DNA from: the human T2T-CHM13v2.0 reference genome, Homo sapiens
Strand: one strand, 5' to 3'
Assembly (NCBI RefSeq): GCF_009914755.1
Contig: NC_060925.1
DNA length: 64,000 bases
Every line of letters starts with the position of its first letter. The first letter of the stretch is position 1. Made by a program: the position numbers and the translations under genes. Shown piece by piece: positions 61,651-64,000 of the stretch. A model generated the notes under the pieces. It saw only the letters and a list, made by a program, of their open reading frames with translations, did not search any database and was not told the DNA's origin.

Positions 61651-63042
61651 TTCTTTAGTCTAAATACAGTCAGCACAAATTTAAGTCCAATACTAATTTT
61701 CCTAGAATGTCAAAGCAATATAGGAACAAGAAGCCAGTGGTATACCAGATTTTATACACTGCAGTTGTCTGATCTAAGCTATTGCAATTTACTGTTCCTA
61801 TATAGCTGCTGTATTCACAGGATTCTATGGTAAACACATCCAATGAGAGCACCCATACCTTCAAGTGGGTCTGAACCAGTTGTAAATGTTCTTACAAGAA
61901 CTAATATAAAAGCTTAAGAGTTACAGAATAGCAGTGTTATTTCTTCAACATATTTAGGGATCATTTTTAGGTAGATTATTGGAATGAGACAAGGTTACAC
62001 CTGGACAAAGTTAATGTGAGAGGAGGCAAAAATTTCCTTTACATTGAATTGTATGGAAAACACTTAGTATATTTTACAGACAAATCTTACAGTACAGTCA
62101 TCCTCATGACTGGGAATAAATGTTTGGAATCAGAAATTGTTTTACGTAATAAGGCACATAAAAGTATTGACTAATATGTGTAAGTGAATGAATGCATGCA
62201 TGATAATTGAGAGGGGGTCAATTTATTTTGCCTAGTAATTCACCTTCAGTCAACGACCAGCCAAAAGTTATGCTAATCTTTTATTTGGAAGGCACCAACA
62301 AAAGTATATCATTAGATTTAGAACAAACGTACTGTACATCCTGGTTTCAGACTTTGTTGTGAACACAGATTTCATTTCAAGTTCTGACAGCTAGTAAACT
62401 CAGTCAATAAAGCTTATGGATGATCTTTTTCAGCCTGGAATAAAGGAAAGTCAAAAAGGACAAGATTCTAAGATGAGTGTTCTGCTAGAACTATGATAGG
62501 AGAATCCTCCATTTGCACATTAATATTAAGATACTGGATTTTACCATTAACATTTCAGAAATGAATTTTTAAAATTCTTGATGTGACTTTCTGATGGTGA
62601 GGTTTTCTTTTCTCTTTTCTTCATAAGATTTGACACTTTGAATCCCTTTTTGTCAATGTGTTAACCACCAGCAGGCAATCTTAAGGGTCATAATTTGCTG
62701 AATGAGTGAAGGAAAAGATCCTTTACAGTGTAAGTATATCCAGAAAATTTCCTTGAGGTATTCATATTTCTGTTTTTACATTAAACCAACCTCATTAAAT
62801 CTGTATTAGTGAGAAGACAACTTTAGAGGATTAAAAATTTAGGTTGCTTTTGTGTTCTATGATCATTAAGATTTAACATTGTCCAAGGGCAAACATATCT
62901 AAATATATATGTTAATTCCATCTTGTTTTTAGAAGATTAACAGCAAAAATGACTTAGCTATATAATCTATCTAATTTTAGGCAAGAATCTCTATTTTTTA
63001 GAGACCTCTAGTTCCCTTCCATTATTCAATACTAGAAAGCAC

Positions 63043-63228
63043 TTTATTCTGTTTATTTTATTTTTTATTATACTGTAAGTTCTGGGGTACATGTGCACAA
63101 CGTGCAGATTTGTTACATATGTATACATGTGCCATGTTGGTGTGCTGCACCCGTTAACTCGTCATTTATATTAGGTATATCTCCTAATGCTATCCCTCCT
63201 CCTTCCGCCCACCCCAAGACAGGCCCCT
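63043..63228 (-). mobile_element. L1PA extreme 3' end
   Basis: ttattatactgtaagttctggggtacatgtgcacaacgtgcag...acaggcccc. Confidence 0.92.
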
Positions 63229-64000
63229 CTTTTTTTCTTTAATTTTTACTAGGAAGTTTCATTTTCATGGTTTATCACAGATCACCTTTAATAGCTTGCA
63301 TTTGACATTGTCTTTTTGACTATATGTTCCTAAATAATCATGAAAAACTATAAAGGATTTTCTAAAATCAAGAAACAAGGAAGGACAGATAATGACAGAA
63401 CAACTTGAAAATATGAAATCACTACATGAATTGTTACTTAAACAGAAATGGGTAGGAAACTGAGAATTTAAAATCATGGTGAAATAGAAGCAAGATATTC
63501 AGAATATATGATAGAGGCAATTCTTGGAAAGGATAAGGGATTATTTTCTATAAAAAAAGGAGAGTAAATGTCTTCCCCAAAAAAACTCTAGGCGAGTAAA
63601 TATTTATCATGTGACATTTATTATACCCTCAGTATTGTCAGTCAACCACCATTCAATATTGCTATTTCTCTGAGCCTTTATACTGAGTACTCAGATACAG
63701 AACTGAAAAGGTGAAACATCAGGCCAGGAGAATTGGAAACATCCTATTGATTATAAAATATAAATTTTATATCATTTCATATTTTGAATCTTAAGTCAGT
63801 TTTAAAATCTTAAGCATTTTTGTGTGGCTTTCATGGTTATTTAAAGACTTTTTCCTTGACTATAAACTTTGAAAAATATTATATTTAGAGTTGGTATTGC
63901 AGACACATTTTTGAGTTAGCATTTTCCTCTCTTTTTTACAGTCCTTCTTGACGTTATTGGTGGCAAGCAATGGCCCAAAACATTCACAACTACAGTTATA

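Overview
Human (primate) genomic DNA carrying nearly all of ATG4C (autophagy-related C54 cysteine protease, autophagin-3) on the + strand. The window opens on the last 13 nt of the first coding exon. It contains the nine remaining coding exons (all GT-AG, phases join into one ORF ending ...STEEFVLL-TAA at 60290) and the 3' UTR. Exon numbers assume one upstream non-coding exon. Catalytic Cys (DCGWGC) is in the exon at 12726-12959 and catalytic Asp/His (MDPH) in the exon at 30927-31003. Introns are dense in Alu, L1, L2, MIR, ERVL/MaLR LTRs and Tigger/hAT fossils. The main unexplained signal is two open, splice-site-bounded segments in the intron after the DPH exon (33572-33682 and 35559-35623). 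Their phases allow them to replace the catalytic exon in frame, but joining them after it gives a premature stop. The second segment resembles a diverged duplicate of the catalytic exon. This suggests a mutually exclusive active-site switch producing an altered or protease-dead ATG4C. Repeat subfamily names and residue numbers are from recalled consensus and reference sequences, not database searches.
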